Shown here one piece after another: positions 11,109 through 23,959 of a stretch of 64,000 nucleotides of DNA. Positions within the stretch are counted from its first letter, which is position 1; every line of letters starts with the position of its first letter. This stretch comes from Camelus dromedarius (taxonomy: Eukaryota). The translations under genes were made by a program, and so were the position numbers. A model generated the notes under the pieces. That model made no database searches. It worked only from the letters and a program-made list of their open reading frames with translations, and was not told the DNA's origin. Location of the stretch: NCBI RefSeq assembly GCF_036321535.1, contig NC_087437.1, positions 114,392,001 through 114,456,000 of the forward strand, in the 5' to 3' direction.

Positions 11109-13517
11109 ACTTCCCAGGTACTAAGCCACCGTAGTGGTAATTGTCAAATTCTGCTGTGTAGGACCCTGGGGCCCCTGGCAGACAGAGATGGGCTGGTACA
11201 CGTCTAAGAAGTGGGTCTCAGGAGGAGGTGGGAGGAGGCCTGATGTGTAGTATTTGCAAATTTCCATGCTGCATTCCCACCGTGGTTAATTTCCAGCTAC
11301 CCACGTGAGGTCAGTGAATGCAGAGGAGAGAAGAGCTGCAGCTCCATCAGCTCCCGTGAGCCAGGATGAGCCCCCGGGAGGCACCTCAGGGGCTGCCCTG
11401 GGACAACGGGAAAACCAAAGAAGCAGCCCAAAAGAAGCACTGTATGTATGGGTGTAATGCTACTCAACAGTGCAAAACCATGGCAGTAGACCATGCTCAT
11501 CAGGGGAATACATCCACTTCTTTTTTCAACCTACAGTTCCAGTTAAGTGTCTGTAACCTTCACCGACTTCCGGAGCCCCAGGTAAGTGTCTGTGAAGGTC
11601 CATCAGCTTCGGTCACCCCAAGGAGCTCTATGTCAGAAGTCACCTTAGAGCTGCATGTGACTTCACCGAGACAGCAAAGGCAGAGGTCCTAGAAGACACG
11701 GTAAGGACCCTCAGGATAGGAGGGATGGGAAGAAGGGGAGGAAGTCTCCAGAGAAGCCATCAGGGGTAGTCAAAATTCGGGGTGCCAAGAAGACTACGGG
11801 GAAAACAAATTCCCATCAAAAGCAAGGCAAGAGGGTGCGTCCAGAAAGAATGGGTGGTCAGCTGTGCCAGATGTTGGAAACAGATTAGGGAAGAGAGAAA
11901 GGATGGAGATAGAGCCAATGGTGTTGTCAACAAGGTAGCCATTAGGATCTTTGGTGGCGTATTTGTAATAGAGGAGTGGGGACAAGACCAACTACCAGGT
12001 TGGACAGTCACTGATAATTACTCCTCACATTACCTCTAAACATATGCCAGTGAAGAGAGACCACGCTTGAGAAGGCAGATTAGCTAAACCAGGAAGGACA
12101 GATTATATGGGAAGAAAACGTGAATCCAAACAATTGGGAGATTTGGGGATATGAACTGTACGGACAAAGGCTGGTTAACTGCAGTAGTGACCCAATCCAG
12201 AACTTGAGGGAGTCACTGGGATGGCGATAGGGTAGATGAGACTTGGGGGCAGATCTAGCCTCCAAATCCAGTTCAGCAAGCAGGGCCCAATGTCCAAAGG
12301 GGTTGGCGACAACCAGCCACGAGTGACCCAGGGAGGTGGACAGCATGGGGCCGAGGTGAGGGAAGGGAGCACACCTGTCAACATGGTGAACTACAAAGTT
12401 TTCCAACCAGTAAACTAATCCAGGAGCAGGCAGGAAGCTGGGGCAGGAACTACTCTAGGAGATGGTCAGAAAGACAGCCAAACAGCATCAGAGAAAAGGT
12501 TCAGATAAATGGGATTCCGCCAATGGACTGTGACTTAGGGGCAAGATGCCAGCCCCTGGGGAGGGCTAGTGAGGACAAACAGAAGGGGCCAGTCCAAACA
12601 GGGTGGGGAGATTGAGTACCAGGCAGATTCCCAAGGGAAGGACTGGGGCCCCGTGACAGCATGGAAGCCAGTGGCAGACCTGGGTGTAAGGTAGACCTGG
12701 AACAGCTGAGTGAGCCACAGAGTGACTGGCTGCAGCCCTGAGCGCTGGGTCAGATCCCCAGAGCCACTTCCCCTAGTGGGGCAGAAAGGGCCTGGAGCAC
12801 GGAGCTTGGGAAGATCCCAGTTTCACTCAAAAAATTCTAGCAGAAGAGGCTCACAAAGGCTGAGAATCAGGCACTTTGAGAGACAGTGAGTCTCATCTTA
12901 GAAACAGAAACAGAAGCAGGTAGGGGTAAGGGAGAGCTCAGAGACAGTCCTGAAGAGTATTTTGTGGGGAGGAGCCCAAGGAAGTGACAGGAAGGGATAA
13001 AATCCCTAAGGAGTGTGTGTCCTTGCTCCCCCCCAGGACTAACCAGTCACAGGCCCAGAGACACTGCAGAACTACCATTCACCAAACACGATGCACCCTG
13101 GAATCACACCAAATCAGAGACTGGTCTGCTGTGTGAGGTGCCAGGAAGAATTTCTCGATTATAAAGACCGATCAATACCCACACGAGTCCCCACCAGAGA
13201 TTATGACTATTCCTTCTTCAGAAGTTAGTTTTTCATAGTGTCCGTTGACCTGTTCTGAGATACTGTTACGGTTCTAACTGAGGCCCAAGAGATCAGTTCG
13301 AGAACCTCACATGGAACGAGGTGGCCCCATTCCTGCTCTTCCATGCTTGCCAACTCCTTCCAGTGACTGGTTTTAGTTTTGCGATTCTTAAAGTTCAGGA
13401 TAGTAGCTAAGGCTCCCTTTCAGGGGAGATGATTGGAAAGGCGGATCTCTTCCTAGCCAAAAAACGGCTTCCAATCATGAATGACTATTTTAAGCTTTTT
13501 AAATGACCCCAAATTCT

Positions 13518-13935
13518 CCTTTTTGTATCGAAGTGTGGTCGATTTACAATGTTAGTTTCAGGTGTACAGCAAACACCTGTATAGCAAAGTGATTCAGTTA
13601 TCTATATACATACATACATACATTTTTTTTCAGTTTCTTTTTCACTACAGCTCATTACAAGAAATTGAATATAGTTCTCTGTGCTATACAGCCAGTCCCT
13701 GTTGTTTATCTTTTTTATATATAGTAATGTATATATTGTTAATCCCAAACTCCTAATCTACCCCTCTTTTCCCCACTGGTAACCACAGTTTGTTTTCTAT
13801 GTCAGTAAGTCCATTTCTGGTTTGTAAATAAAATTTGTATCTTTTTTTTTTTTTGAGAGTCCACGTATAAGCAACATCATATGATATTTGTCTTTCTCTG
13901 TCTGACTTATTTCATTTAATATGGTATTCTCTAGG
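13518..13935 (-). mobile_element. Young 5'-truncated L1 (3' UTR)
   Basis: Antisense L1 3' UTR flanked by TSD TAAATGACC(C/A)AAATTCT-type copies at 13500-13517 and 13936-13953 (18 bp, 1 mismatch). Confidence 0.92.
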
Positions 13936-14999
13936 TAAATGACCCAAAATTCTTTAAAACTTTCTGACTTTAGGTTGTTGCCTTAAAACTTGTATGCTCG
14001 ATTTTCCTTTAAGGGGAGAATGTTTTGGATTTGCTTTTGTTAGCATCAAATGAAGGGCCTGCGAGAACAAAACATTGTGATACCTTAGCTGCTGAGGCCA
14101 GGAAGCTGGGGGTTGCTGAGGAATAATCCAGAGAGAACTTTCAGAGGAGGAAATAGCACCTGGCAGTCTCCTGTTTCTTTCAAGAGATTAAATCATAAAC
14201 GCTACCCAGGTAATCAGACTGACCTTAGTAAAAGCCTCAGTAAAGAAATGAGGAGGACACCTTGACCCAAAAATCTCTGGCCCACATATCAGGAATGTGG
14301 CAGGGATAAGTGAGGACAAGACGGGCTCCAAACTGTGGCTTACCTTCAAATCCAGTAAAACATAGAACATGGGTCATTTGCAAATTCCAGTAAGAACAAT
14401 TCAAAAGTGCATGTACCGTAGGACTTCGGTACAAGCACTTTTTTTGAAATCCTCTTTTCCACCCCCTCAGTATCATGTGTGAGATGCCTGAATGTAGCCT
14501 TTTTTTTTTCAACTCAATAAATGTATTTATTTTCATGGGCTCGAACAAGACACAGGCAACCAAAACCTAGGAGATAAGGAGATACTCATATTTCTTAAAA
14601 CAATACAGGTGAATTTTTGAAAACATGACTGAGCTACGGGGAATATTTGAGTTCCTGATAAATCTCATCCACAGGCAATTTCAAACACTTAGAGAAAGAA
14701 AATAGTCAATTTCCATGGTTTATAACCCACACACTGATATAGACCAGGACTCACCCTCTCAGTCCTTTCCCTTCCTGCATCACCTCGCAGCATCTCACCT
14801 GCCCCACGGCTCAGGAGGGCAGAAGACAGTCAGCAGGGAAAGGACACGCAAGCTCAGCTGTTCTGGCTTCATCAAGGGAGGTTTACTCCACCAGCACAGT
14901 GCACTGGCCAGTCTCCGCCTTCCTTCTGAGGTCTGTCTTCCCTGGTCCCTTCTGCTATTGCCTCCACCGCAATCTCCTCCCCAGTGATCTCAGAACTTG

Positions 15000-15200
15000 T
15001 GATGGAGTATCCTTGGGCTCAAATCCTAACTCCAACAGGTAAAACTGTGTGCCCCTGAGCCAGCTACCCAATCTCGAGCCTCCCAAGTTTCTTGTCTATA
15101 AAATGGGCTTCTGATACCCAGCACTTAGGGTTCCTATGAAGACAAAAAGAGATCACATGTGGGAATCCCCTGGCATACGAGGATGCTGTGTGAACCTATG
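15000..15200 (+). mobile_element. MIR SINE
   Basis: GGCTCAAATCCTAACTCC...AGTTTCTTGTCTATAAAATGGG. Confidence 0.7.
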
Positions 15201-15441
15201 TTCCCTTCCTTCTTTCTTCCTCGATGTACTTATAAACTTATGCTAAATGAACACACGATGAATAATTTGAAAAGAGCTTAAGGTAGTTCTTGTCTTCCAA
15301 GAAATATATAATGAGTTACAGAATGTTATAGAATGTTCTAAGAAGGATAAGAAAAATACTCAAGAGGATGGAGAGGTTCCCACAGGAAACTGAAGGGAAA
15401 CATAAACTTCCAATCTGGAAAGACACAAGGAGAGACAAGTT

Positions 15442-15519
15442 TGGGTGCTACCTAAAATCAAAGACATACAATCTTATTTATGGGTGCTACCTAAAATCAA
15501 AGACACAGAATCTTATTTA
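15442..15519. repeat. 39-bp tandem duplication
   Basis: TGGGTGCTACCTAAAATCAAAGACA(T/C)A(C/G)AATCTTATTTA twice, 15442-15480 and 15481-15519, 2 mismatches. Confidence 0.95.
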
Positions 15520-16249
15520 TTCTGACAGAAGATGAAACTTCACAGTAAAAATTAAAATGGTCTCCTTGCTCATTTACTGAATCGCCACCTTGCCCATCCA
15601 TTGGCATCCCCAACACAGGGCCTCCAGCAGTAATGTGGTTACCTAAGAGCATACAGATGGTGTCTTTACGTTTTAGATGATTTTCCAAAATGCCTGCAGT
15701 ATCTGACACCTCGCTCAGGCTAGACTTCTTCTCCAAAATATGCATGTTGTAAATTTTTCAAATACCTCATGAGTTACATGTGTGGGAGGAAAAAAAGCAG
15801 CTTTGATCAAAGAACACACTCCAATAAAAAATTTTTATTCTAAACCTCAGCTAGAACACTGCTAAGAACAAAACTGTATAAAAGGTTTCCTCTCACAATG
15901 TTAACCAAATAGAGGCTGTTGGGAAAAAGCAGTTTCAGAAACTGGGCAGTAAGCCTGGGCCCCTCAACTAGGTTGGACTGGCACCAATACATAAAGGATT
16001 ACATAATCTTTGGAGACTGCCCTGGGCAGTCTTGTCATTGTCTTGGCTGTCAGCATCTTAACCCTTTCTCCATGTTTGGAACTTCTACCCACACGCACTG
16101 CCTGTCTTCATAGCCTATCACCAAAGAAGCTGAAAATGTCCCTGCCCAGCTAGCTCCCAAACCTGGTGAGAAAGGTTGGTCATGTGACCTCTTGTAGCCA
16201 ATCAGATGCTCTGGCTGGTCTTTTTGCCCCTGGACTGAGTGATCTGGCT

Positions 16250-16430
16250 CTATTTTTTTTCACCACCCTTATCATTACATTTATGGATTCATTTGTTGTG
16301 TTTCCCCAACTGAATGTAAGGCTCTGTAAGGACAGTAAATTTTGTTCACTGCTATATTCCTAGTACCTAAAATGCCTGGCTCATAACAGGAATGCAGTAC
16401 ATTTCTTGAATGAGTGAATAAATAGATGGA
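16250..16430 (+). mobile_element. L2 3' end
   Basis: CTGAATGTAAGGCTCTGTAAGGACAG...TGCCTGGCTCATAACAGG...TTGAATGAGTGAATAAAT. Confidence 0.75.
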
Positions 16431-17739
16431 TAGATAGGTGCGGGTGCAAAGGAAGGCGAATTTACCACTCCCTTTCCCACAGTATCATACATGATAAAGA
16501 AGTACATTTGTTCATTCCTTCATCCAGTCATTATCATTGAAAGAAAGACACATGGGACAAAAATAGACCATTTTACTGTTTTCCACTCTACACACTCTTT
16601 CCTCTGACACTGCATAACTTTAAAGGACATTTTCAAAATGGTGGAGTATCACCATTTTGAGGACTACAACTTGCAAAACTCCCAAGAAGAAGAAAATATT
16701 ACAAAATGGTCCAAATGTGCCAGATAAACAGGCACCGTTGGTCATCTTAAAAGACTAGGAGAAGTATTTAGGAACAGAGTTAAGCTTAAAAAAAAAAAGT
16801 TTCAATATTTTTAAAGGGAATAAGATTTATAGGACATACCACAATACTTAACATCAATCCCCCTAAAAATCTACAGCAGATTAATAAATCACTATCATAA
16901 AATCTGCATATTTGACACACAGATGCCCCCATGCCCCCTTATATTTTACTCTCCCTACAGAATATCCCCTGTTGCATCCACAATTACATTATGACATGTT
17001 TTCTAGAAAAATCACCACCATAGATGTCCTTCCCTTGATAAACCCCAACCTGCAGATGTGTGTTTTAAATTTCAATATCGAGAGCTAAAAAGAGCATTTC
17101 AGAAGTTACAAGAACACAGAATCATCAATCACCCTTTTAGGATCAATCTGTCTATCAAAGTAGCCTGTGATTTCATTTTTCTTTTAGCAATCTCTTCATA
17201 CTGCACACTGGGACTGTTCCTAAACCGATCGCACCACACTCTACAAATTTCACATAAATGAAGGTTTGGACTAAGTGACACACTTAGTATTTCCACTAGT
17301 TCCCCTCCTGCTCCACATCCTTATAAATGACAGAAGAGACAGTTTTTTAAATACTGAAGCCACAGGCATGGTGCAAAACAAGAAACAGTACCCAACAGTC
17401 ACCAGAAATTTTGAGATAAAAAGCAGAAAGACAAAATTCAGACAGGATCGATTTGTTGGAGAAAAATACAACCAAACAGAAGAAGGCTGCTACAGAGAGG
17501 CGTGGTTACACTCTGCTCCAAGCTCCAAGGCAATGGATCCAAGAAGCAAGAGAGGCAAATCCAGAAAAAACAATAAGGGATCAACGGGGTCGCGTGTCTT
17601 GGCTCCTCTCTCCTCCCCGCCTTGAACTGGTTGTGACCAACAGCAGCATATAACACAGGCTGAAGGGACAGATTGGGAAACTCAGGCCAAAGAGCCATCA
17701 TTCACCCGAAGCTACAGCAGAAAGTGGCTTGATGCTCAC

Positions 17740-18070
17740 CAAGCTCATCTTCCTCTTCCTAGGCACACAGGAAGGCTATATTTGCCAACATCCTTTGTCA
17801 TAAGGTTGAGATCATGTAACCAGTTTCTAGCCAATAGGTGACAATGAAAGGTAGTCCTTCCAGCCCTGGTTATGAAATATCCTATGCAATTATCCTCATT
17901 CTTTCTTCTCTAAAAGTAAAGGATCCAGTGAAGATCTATGAGGGACCCCCTGTAAGATGACAGTGACCCAGAGATGGAAAGAACCAGGATCCCAAAATCA
18001 AGAGAGAGAAAAACAAATCTTTATTAAGCTACTAAGATTTGGGGGCTACTTCTTACAGCTGACATGAGTT
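17740..18070 (+). mobile_element. Old MaLR/ERVL-class LTR (MLT1J/K-like)
   Basis: CTATATTTGCCAACATCCTTTGTCATAAGGTTGAGATCATGTAACCAGTTTCTAGCCAAT near the start and ATTAAGCTACTAAGATTTGGGGGCTACTTCTTACAGC near the end. Confidence 0.55.
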
Positions 18071-18149
18071 CCTCACCTAATCCTATAGCCAAGAAAACCC
18101 TGCAAGGATGTGGAGGAGCCACAACAGAAAACATCCCACCAGCACCTCC

Positions 18150-18620
18150 ATCATCTCCAGCAGGTGCCACCGGAAAGTGGACAGCACACTCAAAAAGCTG
18201 ATCAAAGAGATACTCACAAATGGACTATCTCAAGAGGTAAGGATGGGACTGAGGGAAGCACCCAGGGATGAGGAAGCTCCCAGGGGTCAGCAGTAGTGGA
18301 AAACCACGGCCTCCTCGAGTCCTGAAGGGGAAGGAGAAGGAGCAGTTACCAGAAAGCTGGAGGAGCTGTAGCTACAGGAGTTCTGGCTGCAGGTAGGAAA
18401 ACACCCCCTCTGCCCAAACCAGGACGACAGAGGGAGTGCAGGAGAGGAGGAGAGATCAGTACTCCAGTCTTTCCTCCTACCCTTCAGACTCCGCTGGGGT
18501 CTCCCTCTGAGCAGAGGGCAGGGGAGCTCAGTGAGGCAGAGATCAGCCTCCTGGGGCCCAGAGCAAGGCTGGCTGGGACAGAGCACGGATCTGGGAGACA
18601 AATGGAGAAAAGCCAGAACA
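18150..18620 (-). mobile_element. ERVL-class solo LTR (LTR33-like)
   Basis: Minus strand starts TGTTCTGGCTTTTCTCCATTTGTCTCCCAGATCC...CTCTGGGCCCCAGGAGGCTGA, resembling the LTR33 5' end. Confidence 0.7.
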
Positions 18621-20249
18621 CCGTCCCGCAGCCCATCCGCCCAGGCACCAGAGTTGAGCACCTGTGATCAGAACTGGCCAGAAACTAAATGAAGTTGACC
18701 AGATAACACAGAACCAAAGATTTAAGGAAAGAGCAGCACAAAAAGTCATTATGAAGAAGAAATAATACAGAAGGAAACAGAGTTTACAGAGCAAACAGAA
18801 GAGGATTAACATAAATTTCATGTTTTGAAAATATAAGAGTGGCTATCTTATCTATAAATTAAGAATCAGCTACTATACAAGAAAATTTGAAAAATCTCAG
18901 AAATTATAACTGATTCAGAAAATAAAATACTCACTGGATATATGGAGTTGGAGAAAGTTCACAGTTAAATAGTAACTTATTGACCTGGAAAATCGAGCCA
19001 AGGGCTTATTTAGAACTATTATCACCAAAAGGGAAAATGGAAAGTATATATTTTTTAAAGGTATTAAGTGCCAATATCCATCTAATGAAAATTCTAGAAA
19101 TTGAGAACAGAGAAAAATTCTAGAAATGGAGAAGAACAAGTAATAAAGAAACAAAAAGAAAATTTCCCAAGGCTGAAGAAACATGAATTAAAACTATTCA
19201 TCACTTTCCAAAAGACCTACCCTTTGACACTCTGTTGTAAAATTCAGAAGTTCAAAGATACAAAGAAATTTCTAAATGCTTCATGAGAGAATAAAACAGT
19301 CTATTTAAAATGAATGAGTGTTTGAGCAACATCGAATTTCTCCTGGACAAAACATGATGCTAAAAGGCAACAGAGTAATACCTTAAAAGTTCTGATGGGG
19401 AGTTACTCTGAACCTAGAATCTTATCCAAATTGACACGGGAAAAAAAAAAAAGGCATTTTCACAGACATTCAAAGATTTACACACAGGCCTTCTCTAATA
19501 GATTTAATCAAGCAAAAAAGAGAAATTAATTTAAAAAAAAAGATGTGGGACCCATGGATCAAGAGTAAACAAAAAAAGATAAAACATAATTCACTTAGAA
19601 ATATCTTTTAAATTTTTTAACAATAATCTCCAACTTAAAATCCCAGAAGATCTCTAAAATGGGACGTGGCAGGGCTGGAAAGCAGAGCGAAATGAATGAG
19701 AACACGCTAAGGTTCTACTTTTGTTTGAGGTGTGAAAGAGAATTAGATACATTAATTCCAAATCAGTTATTTGGAATTAATATTTCAAATATTAATTAAC
19801 CTAACAATGGAAAGGAAGCATAACTCTATACATGAGATTTTATTAAATAAAAACAAATAACACTATATAAATTCTCACAATCTCAAGTGCATGATTTTTC
19901 TATAAAAATATGAATTAATCAAAATTGATCTAAGAAGAGGTAGAAAAATGTGACTAGAAGAATACCCTTACAAAAATTTAAAAGGTAGTCAAAGCTTGCA
20001 TCCTTAAAAACAAAAACAAGGCACCAAGACCAAGCAATTTTACAGGGATTTCTATTCCTTGAAGCAAGTGATAATCCTTAAATTATGTATCTGAAACTAC
20101 ATGAAAGTAAAGGGAATCCAGACTTTCTATACAGCTAGCATCACTTTGATTCCAAAACCAGATGACAAGGTTAGCACAAGACAAAAAATAAAAGTGAAAC
20201 CATAGGTCGAAATTACCTATGAATTTATGAATATAGACTTGAAATACTA

Positions 20250-20343
20250 AAAAATGAATATATGTATGTTCATGTATAACTGAAAAATTGTGCTCTACAC
20301 TAGAATTTGACACATTGTAAAATGACTATAACTCAATTAAAAC
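20250..20343 (+). mobile_element. Young L1 extreme 3' end inserted in the old L1
   Basis: AAAATGAATATATGTATGTTCATGTATAACTGAA...TGACTATAACTCAATTAAAA closely resembles the ends at about 48355, 54835 and 58535. Confidence 0.85.
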
Positions 20344-21710
20344 TGTTATATATTAGAAAATAATTTAGTAACGTGTTATTATTTTTAATCATAGCCAAGC
20401 AGAATTTTCCTAGAAATCCAAAAATGAGTCAATGTTTGGAAATTTATGATGCAGTCAACTACATCAACAAGTATAAAGACAAAATATTATGTTCATCTCC
20501 GTGTATTCTAAAACTTCGCTTGATAAAATTCAACACCCTTTCCAGACTTTTTAAAAAACTCTCATTACCCTAAGAAAGGATGCAAAATCATGCTGCCTAG
20601 GGAAAAACCATCTCATATTTAATAATAACAGATTAGATGGTTTCTATTAAGCTTGAGGACAAGACAACCATCACTGCGACTCTTCATCATCGTCCCATAT
20701 TATAGGTCCTATTTAACAAGAGTGAAAAGTAAAAGAAATAAGAGGTATCAATGTAGACCAAAAAATTAAAATTTTCCTACATGCAGACAAATTGCTATCC
20801 CAAGAGAATTGACAGAAATACTATTAAAAATAAATCAGATATGAAATCAATAGCTTTCTTATACACAAGCAATAGCAAATTGAATGTCTCTCATATTTTA
20901 TTCAAATACTTTTATAGTTAATATTTATATTTAGCTATTTAAGCCATCTGTAGTTCATTCTGGCATAAGGTATAAAGTAGGAGTCTAACTTGAACTTTTA
21001 ATACATTTAAGAATATCATTAATAGCAGCAACAAACAGATACATAACAGACTTACAAATAAGCCTAATGAAAAATGTACAGGAAATAACATTTTTTTAAA
21101 AAACAACTATACAAGAATGGTTTTGTCTCTCGGGTGCATACTGGAATCACAAGACTAAATAAATCAGAGCTTACAGAGATGAGACCCAGGATTTAAAATC
21201 TTTATTGTAAAATATAATGATATTTTTAATAAAGTAAATGCAATCACTATGAATGGGCAGATTTTAAAAATGTAAAAATGTCAGTTCTCTCCAAATTAAT
21301 CCATAAATTCAATGCAATTTGAATCAACATCCAACAGAATATTTTAAGGAAGAGGCAAGTTGATTTCCAAGTTCATCATGAAGAGAAACTATAAGAACTT
21401 TGTTTTGAAAAGATTAATGAAAACTGCTATTAAATATCAAAACATACTTCAAATCTGAGTTAATGAAAAGAGTGTGTTATTGGTACAAGAATAGAAAAAT
21501 AAATCAATAAAATAAAACAGAGTCCAGAAACAGCCCCAGAGATACTTTGTTTTTATAAAGTTTCAATCCAATGGGAAAAAGATGGGTAAACAAGTAAATA
21601 GTGTTGAGATAACTAGATATTTATTAAGAAAAATAAGCTAGACATCCCTTCTTTATAGAATACTCCAGAACAAATTCTGGACAGATTGAAGAGTTAAACA
21701 TTTAAATATA

Positions 21711-21732
21711 TGTGTGTGTGTGTGTGTGTGTG
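21711..21732. repeat. (TG)11 microsatellite
   Basis: Read directly. Confidence 0.95.
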
Positions 21733-22759
21733 TTAGGAGAAAATACAGAGCATTTATAACCTTGGAGCAAGTCATTCCTGACCAAGACAAAACCGGAGTC
21801 TCCAAAAACAAAAGTTGAAAGCTCTGCAGTCATGAACGTTTAGTGCCTCCATAAGAAAATCCTCCTTAAGCAAAATTAAAATACAAGAAACAGCCTTGGA
21901 GAAAGTTTTTGCAACAGTTAATGAGTGTAATATCTAGACTATTTAAAGAACTCATGCAAATTCATAAGAAAAAAAAAGATTAAGAGAAAAGAAAGCAGGA
22001 AAGGATGTAAAATAAAACAAAAATTCAAAAACATATATATGTAAAAGCATCCAAAAGCAAGTTAAATGCTCTGATAATCTGGAACTTGCAAATTAAAACA
22101 AGAATAATGCTATATTCTCCCATCAGCATGGCAAAAACTTAACAGACTGATAAAAGCAGTGTTCGTAAACATGAGATGGGGGAAATTGGCCCTTTCACAC
22201 ATTCTTGGTAAAAGTACAGACTGATAAAGTTTTCCTAGTAATAATTTTCAAATCATTACCTTTGACCCAACAATTCCTAAAGAACCACTCACATGTGTGC
22301 TATATACATAAAGATATCTGATGCAATATTGCATGCAATAGCAAAAAAAAAAAAAAAGAAACATCTATTGGGGGCAATTTAATCATGGTCATCAATTTAA
22401 AATAGTGAGCCTGTATACATGACAGAGAAACATGTGAAAAAAGTTCGGTCATAGAATATTTATAGAGCACTATCACTTTTTTATTAAAGCATGTATATCT
22501 ATACAGGTAGAAAAATCTGCAAAGAAAGGACTGGAAACATGGTTGTATCCCCTGACTTTGGCCATCACAGCTTATCATACCCAACTGTATCTGTTTTCAC
22601 GTCTGTCTCCTCCCTAAGCTATCACTTTCTTGCACTATGTTTTATTTACTTTTCTTTCCACAGAAAGCATTCAGTAGGTATCTGGTAAATGGCTGCATGG
22701 CTCTCTTAGCTCAGCCCCACCCTACTCAGCATTTTAGCAGTTAAAAGAATGACACAATC

Positions 22760-22940
22760 CAATATTGTTCAGTTTCAATCTCAATATTGCCATTTACTAC
22801 ATGTATGACCTTGGGCATGTTATTAAATCATTGAGCCTCAATTTTCTCACTGTAAGAGGAGAAATAATGCCTATGTCATAGCATTGTTAGGAGGATTAAG
22901 TAAGAAAATATATGAAAAGTCAGTACCACAGTGCCTGGAA
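22760..22940 (+). mobile_element. MIR SINE
   Basis: TGTATGACCTTGGGCATGTTATTAAATCATTGAGCCTCAATTTTCTCACTGTAAG...TTGTTAGGAGGATTAAGTAAGA. Confidence 0.85.
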
Positions 22941-23850
22941 TTGTTCTTACTGCTATGAAGCAAATCACTCCAAGCTTAGTGGCTTCAAACAACAGCTATT
23001 AACTGTGCACTTGAATCTGATCTTGAGCAGGGCCCAGTAGGGACAGCTCATCTCTACTCCACCTGTGATAAGCTGGGGCAGCTCTACTGGGACTGACCCA
23101 TCTCTTCTCAGGGGACTGCCTCACTTGGCTGCCAGTTGTTCTGACTGTTGGTTCCTCCCCCACGGAAGCCTCTCCACAGGGCAGTCTGAGTTTCCTCTCA
23201 ACACGGTGGCTGGATTCCAAGAATAAGCATCTCAAGAGATGGGAGGTAGAAGCTGCCAGTTTCTTAAGGTCTATGCCTGAAAACTGGCACAGTGTCACTT
23301 CTCCATACTTTATTAGTCATGCATTTACAGAGCCCAGATTCAGTCTGCCTCTGGACACAGATTACATGCAAAATTCACACCCTCTTCCCAAGATCAGCCA
23401 AAAACCTCATCCCTGTAAGTCATGTCCAGGGATAAATGAAGCTCCCTGAGTGTGACTCTTCTGAGACAACTCACTGAGGGTTGTTCATCACCATCTTAAT
23501 ACTATGAACTATAGAGACCAGTTATCTTCATTCCTATATACAAACACATACTCCACAATGGTGGCACATGCACAGAATAACCACAATGGATGCTCCCATT
23601 CAAAGAAGGGAGAAACAGGAAGCTGCCATCAGCACTGACCCAAAGCAGCTCTGAATTCCAAATATATAGATGGTGCAAATTTTTTTCTAGGGCCCAGCAC
23701 TCTCCAGTGGCTCTTGGCTGCACCCTCTGGGCTCTTGTTACTTCCTCTGAGCATCCTTCTTTTTCTATAAAGACACTTAGTTGGTGATTCTACAGCTTTC
23801 TTAACTGGGGCTCTGTTTCTGTCTCTTTCAACCCAATCTGGTGTTGCTTC
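22940..23850 (-). mobile_element. MaLR MLT1 LTR (about 22940-23350) plus adjoining internal sequence
   Basis: AAGCAAATCACTCCAAGCTTAGTGGCTTCAAACAACA and GAAACTGGCACAGTGTCACTTCTCCATACTTTATTAGTCA mark an antisense MLT1 LTR; CTCCCATTCAAAGAAGGGAGAAA resembles MLT1-int. Confidence 0.7.
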
Positions 23851-23959
23851 TAGTCAATAAGTGTTTACAGTCAACAAATAGACGGTCTTATTTTTACTGT
23901 TATTAATAATATGGATAAACCTATAAAGATGCTTTACCAAATAGGCAATACTTACTAGT

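Larger units (their letters stand above)
18680..22540 (+). mobile_element. Long decayed old L1 (L1ME-like; ORF1/ORF2 remnants and 3' UTR)
   Basis: A-rich plus strand with L1 landmarks: GAAAATTTCCCAAGGCTGAAGAAACATGAAT, TTTGATAAAATTCAACACCC, AAAATGTCAGTTCTCTCCAAATTAATCCATAAATTCAATGCAAT, TACCTTTGACCCAACAATTCC. No intact ORF. Confidence 0.85.
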
